A stretch of 30,636 nt of DNA, taken from positions 1-30,636 of the IMG/VR virus record IMGVR_UViG_3300032277_000051. One strand, 5' to 3'. A program made the translations under genes and the position numbers. Below, piece after piece: positions 26,987 to 30,636 of the stretch (position 1 is its first letter; every line of letters begins with the position of its first letter). A model generated the notes under the pieces. That model searched no databases, was not told the origin of the DNA, and saw nothing but the letters and a program-made list of their open reading frames with translations. This stretch comes from a virus (lineage: Duplodnaviria; Caudoviricetes).

Positions 26987-28182
26987 TAAAATTGTTGTCT
27001 ATCAGAATCAATTGCATAACTGAAATCAATCTCTAAATTGAATAACTCATCCCTATCCTCGTATTTCACATCATAACTTGACTGCTGAATGTTAACCGCA
27101 TTGAATGCACCATCAATCTCCAAGTAAATATCTTGAGAGGACAACATATCTTTCAACCATTCTGATTGCTCACCTGTAATCCAATTGCTTGTCAGCTTTG
27201 TGATGCGTTTCTCTTTAACCCAATAATCAAGATTCTGTCTGTCACGTTTTGAGTACCTAACAACACCGGGTACAGTTACCACATCTGGAACTTGTTTCAT
27301 CTGTTGCCTTTGAACCTCATATCTGTCCTTTGATGATAACTCAAAATCAAAATAATCATAACCGCCTAATCGATTTAACCAATGTACTCTGATAGGATTG
27401 TTGCAAGTATCAACAATGTTGTATGTGAATACTTCTGTCGTTCCTGTTGATAGTGTCGCCTCAACTGTATATGATGTTACCGCCGGAATTATAGGAGGCA
27501 GCAAAGGTGTACCTACATAGTTGGCAGGTGCAATGTCATTTATCGAATCAACTCCACTTGCAAAAATATAATAGTTAGTAGCAAGTAATGCAGTTGTTAC
27601 TTGATACGTTTGGAATAGCACGCCGCTTATGTATGTCTTGATTGTTAGGTCTGTTAATGTAGTACCCACATCAAGCATCAAATGCAATGCACCGCCACCT
27701 GCAAGAATTGTTGATTGTGTTCTTGGTGCATCTGTTAAGAACTTTGAATCAAGGTATGTTGATGGATTGAAATCAACAAAATCTGTATAACTCAACGCAC
27801 CATTAAATACATAGCTTGTGGCATTGGCAAGATTAGGGTATTGAGTTAATACGCCAAGACCGTTCTCATATTCCTCACCAACTTGAATCTCATACTCGGT
27901 GAACGATTCATTGCCATCAATGATGCCTTGTGTGAATGTTTCAATATACAGATTCTGTGATACGTAATTTCTTAATATCTTAGATACATCAACCACTAAC
28001 AAATCATTGCCTGTTGTTGGCTCTGCTTTAATCTTGTATCTATAAACTTGTACTGCATTGATAAAGATATCAACCAAATATTTAAACTGTGGTTGTGCAT
28101 CATTAGTTGATGAACCTGTCCAGATAACATTATTATTTACAGGTACGAAATCAGATGGTGTATTAATTATTGTTATTGCCAT
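26986..28182 (-). CDS. Tail structural protein (distal-tail-like)
   Basis: WLNRLGG.DYF.F and L.S.WI.....WL..ML.S..IY motifs; precedes the large tail gene. Confidence 0.6.
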   Translation of the reverse strand: MAITIINTPSDFVPVNNNVIWTGSSTNDAQPQFKYLVDIFINAVQVYRYKIKAEPTTGNDLLVVDVSKILRNYVSQNLYIETFTQGIIDGNESFTEYEIQVGEEYENGLGVLTQYPNLANATSYVFNGALSYTDFVDFNPSTYLDSKFLTDAPRTQSTILAGGGALHLMLDVGTTLTDLTIKTYISGVLFQTYQVTTALLATNYYIFASGVDSINDIAPANYVGTPLLPPIIPAVTSYTVEATLSTGTTEVFTYNIVDTCNNPIRVHWLNRLGGYDYFDFELSSKDRYEVQRQQMKQVPDVVTVPGVVRYSKRDRQNLDYWVKEKRITKLTSNWITGEQSEWLKDMLSSQDIYLEIDGAFNAVNIQQSSYDVKYEDRDELFNLEIDFSYAIDSDRQQF

Positions 28183-28715
28183 TATTCTTCTAATTGATTT
28201 GCAATGTCTTGCAGTAATGTTTCTGCTATCTCCTCATTCAATTCATTGATTGCCTGTTCTGTTAACACATCAGATGCAAAGAATGTCGGTTTAGTTCCTT
28301 TCCTAAAGATGCCCTCTCTGATGTTTAATGCAGAGAAATAATCACTCCCCTTTGCAGGTAGTTTAGTTTTAACCCATCTTAATATATCACTCAATGGAGG
28401 TTTTTTATTATCGTACTTGAATGGTGATGTTGCATTTTGATTAGGCATTGCATTGTTAGTAATGTCTGAATTACCACCAACACCTCGCACCCCCTCATCA
28501 ACAAATGCCCAATAATCTTTGGCAATGATTAACCCGGAGATGATACCACCTTTCTCATCAACTGAATCATTAAAGTTTGCAGCTAATGATTGGCGTAATG
28601 CACCACTATTATCACTCCTCTCTTGTGCCAACTTCTGCTGCATACGTCTTATGCGAACATTAATCCACAGTTGCAGTCTTGCAGTTGTTAACGGATATTT
28701 ATCTTGTTGTGCCAA
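28182..28715 (-). CDS. Putative tail completion/neck protein (HK97 gp10-like)
   Basis: SG.L..SL, Y..FVDEGV.G, PP...I..WV, I.R.G.KPT.F motifs. Confidence 0.6.
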   Translation of the reverse strand: MAQQDKYPLTTARLQLWINVRIRRMQQKLAQERSDNSGALRQSLAANFNDSVDEKGGIISGLIIAKDYWAFVDEGVRGVGGNSDITNNAMPNQNATSPFKYDNKKPPLSDILRWVKTKLPAKGSDYFSALNIREGIFRKGTKPTFFASDVLTEQAINELNEEIAETLLQDIANQLEE

Positions 28716-28991
28716 TTATCTACGTGCTTTCATTTCATTCATTTGTCTAATCTTCTCAATGTGTTCCTCTTTATCTTTGTAATACAACAACAGATTTAAG
28801 AACTCAAGCAATTTCATCTCATAATAAAACTGCCATGTTTCCGGTCTGCTATTGCTCATGTTATCTAATGTCACATACCATCCCCATTGTTCAAATCCTT
28901 TGCCACTTCCTGTAAGATTGCCTCTGCTTTTGTTAGTTGGTTGTTGCCATAATCGTTCATACTTTTTGTTAATTCTGCCCAAAGATTCCAA
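28716..28991 (-). CDS. Tail assembly chaperone, -1 frameshift extension (gpT-like)
   Basis: Frame entered at a T9 run inside the upstream gene; F..WGWY.....L...L.Y.K motif. Confidence 0.65.
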   Translation of the reverse strand: MESLGRINKKYERLWQQPTNKSRGNLTGSGKGFEQWGWYVTLDNMSNSRPETWQFYYEMKLLEFLNLLLYYKDKEEHIEKIRQMNEMKARR

Positions 28992-29509
28992 AAAAAAAGA
29001 GCAATTGGATAAGCATATCTGATGCTCATCTTTGTCCTAATTGCCTCGCTAACCTCTGCAAATAACTCACCGTTGTACTTTCCTTTCTTCCATCCAAATG
29101 CTTTCTTCTCATCTCTAATGACGACACACGTTAGTATCTTGTGCAAGTTCTGAATGATAAGAAAATCAGAGTTGTTACACTCTTTCAAGAAATGCATCAA
29201 ATCCATATACTGACCGCCTGTCATTTTGTGGATATCCGTTTCAATGTGATAACGAACTCCATCAATCTTGAATGTATCTGGCATCTCTTTCAGCTTATCA
29301 AACTCATTCAAGAAACTCAAATGCTTATTCAACCGTTTATAATCCTCAATGCTAATCTTCTTGATATCATCCAATGGTTGTCCAGATAACACCGATAGTA
29401 ATGCAGGTACACGTTCTATCAATGTCGCATCAGATGAAAGCACCGGGTACAACTCTGCAAAGTTTCCAACCGTTACTGCATCCCAATCTTTTGGTATGTT
29501 AATGTTCAT
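28871..29509 (-). CDS. Tail assembly chaperone (gpG-like)
   Basis: IP..W..VT.G, MT.GQY.DL and A.FF motifs; contains the slippery CTT TTT TTT TGG. Confidence 0.65.
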   Translation of the reverse strand: MNINIPKDWDAVTVGNFAELYPVLSSDATLIERVPALLSVLSGQPLDDIKKISIEDYKRLNKHLSFLNEFDKLKEMPDTFKIDGVRYHIETDIHKMTGGQYMDLMHFLKECNNSDFLIIQNLHKILTCVVIRDEKKAFGWKKGKYNGELFAEVSEAIRTKMSIRYAYPIALFFWNLWAELTKSMNDYGNNQLTKAEAILQEVAKDLNNGDGM

Positions 29510-29513
29510 ACTG

Positions 29514-29542
29514 TATAATATAATTTATTTACAAGTTGTCAC
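29514..29542 (-). promoter_or_regulatory. Late promoter motif, copy 4
   Basis: GTGACA-N14-TATATTATA-CAGT-ATG. Confidence 0.7.
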
Positions 29543-29599
29543 GCAACATGAATAATAAGAATTCCTATTAGTTTTAAGGGTGAATAAAAGGTGTAACAT

Positions 29600-29633
29600 A
29601 AAAAAAGGAGCAGCAGAATCAACTGCATACCCC
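29600..29633 (-). terminator. Rho-independent terminator
   Basis: GGGGTATGCAG-TTGATT-CTGCTGCTCC followed by T7. Confidence 0.75.
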
Positions 29634-29678
29634 TCTTTAAAAACTAAAACAAAACAAACCTTTAACCAAAGTTTGATA
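29600..29678 (-). ncRNA. Candidate ~80-nt small RNA antisense to early-gene leaders
   Basis: Lies between a TATCTTTG -7 element (29689-29682) and a terminator; no ORF; carries TTTGTTTTGTTTTAGTTTTTAA. Confidence 0.5.
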
Positions 29679-29694
29679 TCACAAAGATAATCAA

Positions 29695-30636
29695 TTATCT
29701 TACTTTGTACACTCCCTTATTGTTTAATGCCAATTCATTTAAAGCAACATATCTGATTGCATCCAGACAATGATTAAACATATCAACCGGCTTTCCTGTT
29801 GGTCTGTCATTCTTATCCATTGCCCACTTGTAATTCTTAAACTCCTTAATCAAGTTGTGAGAATCCTCTGTGACAAATATATCAAACCGCTTCAAGATAT
29901 CAATGCCATTATTGATACTGTCCTTTCCTTTCTTTGCCGGAAAGATATTCATACCCATCCGATACATCTCCTCAATTGACTTTGGCTCTGCTGAATCAAA
30001 AATGAATTTATCTCTGATGTCTATACCTTTGCTTTTAATTTCTTGTACAATATCTCTATTCGTGCAGCCAACCCTGTAAAGCACTTCTCTAAGATATAGC
30101 TGATTCCCTTTACACCATACCCCGATAATACTTGTAGGGTCAACAGAATAACCATAATCACCACCAAAGGCAACAAAATTACACCCACTATCGATGCTAC
30201 TACATAACTCATAATTTTCATATACTCTCCCTTTTATAACACCGTACTCACCTAATCCATAAATCTGCCAGAATGCCTTATCAGTTTTCTCCAACAATTC
30301 AATCTCTTGCACCAATGATTGTGGTAAGTATGTGTTGTGTTTATAATTAGAAACAATGACGTTAACATCACGTTCCTGTTGCTTTCTCTTTTGCTCTAAT
30401 TCAGTATTAATCCATACATCTTCATCATCCGGATTGAAATCTAAATAAATCTTATTCTCTGTTCGTATCAATAACTGAAAGAACTCCTTTCTATAATTCA
30501 ACTCATTTGCTTCATTACAATACAATATGTTTTGCTTTGAGCCTCTCAGCTTTTGCTCATCGTCTGCACCAATGAACTGCACAACCCTCTTGTCAAATGA
30601 GTATGTCTTTTTAGTCTTGTTATGCTCAACTTGATT
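29695..30636 (-). CDS. Terminase large subunit (PBSX/Terminase_3-like), 5'-truncated
   Basis: KLRG, NEANE (Walker B), DFNP, YGLGEYG, DYGYS.DP, DSAEP, NHCLDAIRY; frame open to the window end. Confidence 0.95.
   Translation of the reverse strand, partial: NQVEHNKTKKTYSFDKRVVQFIGADDEQKLRGSKQNILYCNEANELNYRKEFFQLLIRTENKIYLDFNPDDEDVWINTELEQKRKQQERDVNVIVSNYKHNTYLPQSLVQEIELLEKTDKAFWQIYGLGEYGVIKGRVYENYELCSSIDSGCNFVAFGGDYGYSVDPTSIIGVWCKGNQLYLREVLYRVGCTNRDIVQEIKSKGIDIRDKFIFDSAEPKSIEEMYRMGMNIFPAKKGKDSINNGIDILKRFDIFVTEDSHNLIKEFKNYKWAMDKNDRPTGKPVDMFNHCLDAIRYVALNELALNNKGVYKVR

Noticed and set aside
29636-29694. Plus-strand gene starting from the A-rich leader-like motif
   Set aside because: No ATG or ORF follows before the convergent terminase stop.
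1-30636. Stop-codon reassignment
   Set aside because: Genes are full length and densely packed in the standard code, and TAA, TGA and TAG all occur as stops.

Overview
Most of the genome of an AT-rich tailed dsDNA phage (siphovirus-like Caudoviricetes), very probably infecting a Bacteroidota/Flavobacteriia host. The host inference rests on TAnnTTTG promoters, A-rich leaders without Shine-Dalgarno sequences, and DUF3127- and DUF6291-type genes. Nearly all genes are on the minus strand. Bases 1-10452 hold an early/replication module: small ORFs, a GH73 hydrolase, a DnaA-C-like HTH protein, an annealase/exonuclease/SSB recombination cluster, an SNF2 helicase-DNA methyltransferase fusion, a replication initiator with iterons, an SF4 helicase and a C5 methyltransferase. 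A lone plus-strand VRR-NUC nuclease follows. Bases 10841-30636 hold a late module: partial terminase, frameshifted tail chaperone, tail proteins, tape measure, protease, scaffold, capsid, tail tube, portal, adaptors, lysis genes and an exonuclease. No integrase, RT, tRNA or CRISPR array was seen. Main unexplained signals: (1) a one-gene cassette between two attC-like hairpins with swapped core sites (1427-1926); (2) a candidate ~80-nt sRNA after the terminase, antisense to the translation-initiation regions of at least six early genes; (3) a four-copy TGACA-N14-TATATTWTA late promoter, mostly placed for leaderless mRNAs; (4) a structured leader on the replication initiator; (5) apparent CCGG enrichment. 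Protein calls come from motif recognition by eye, not database searches.
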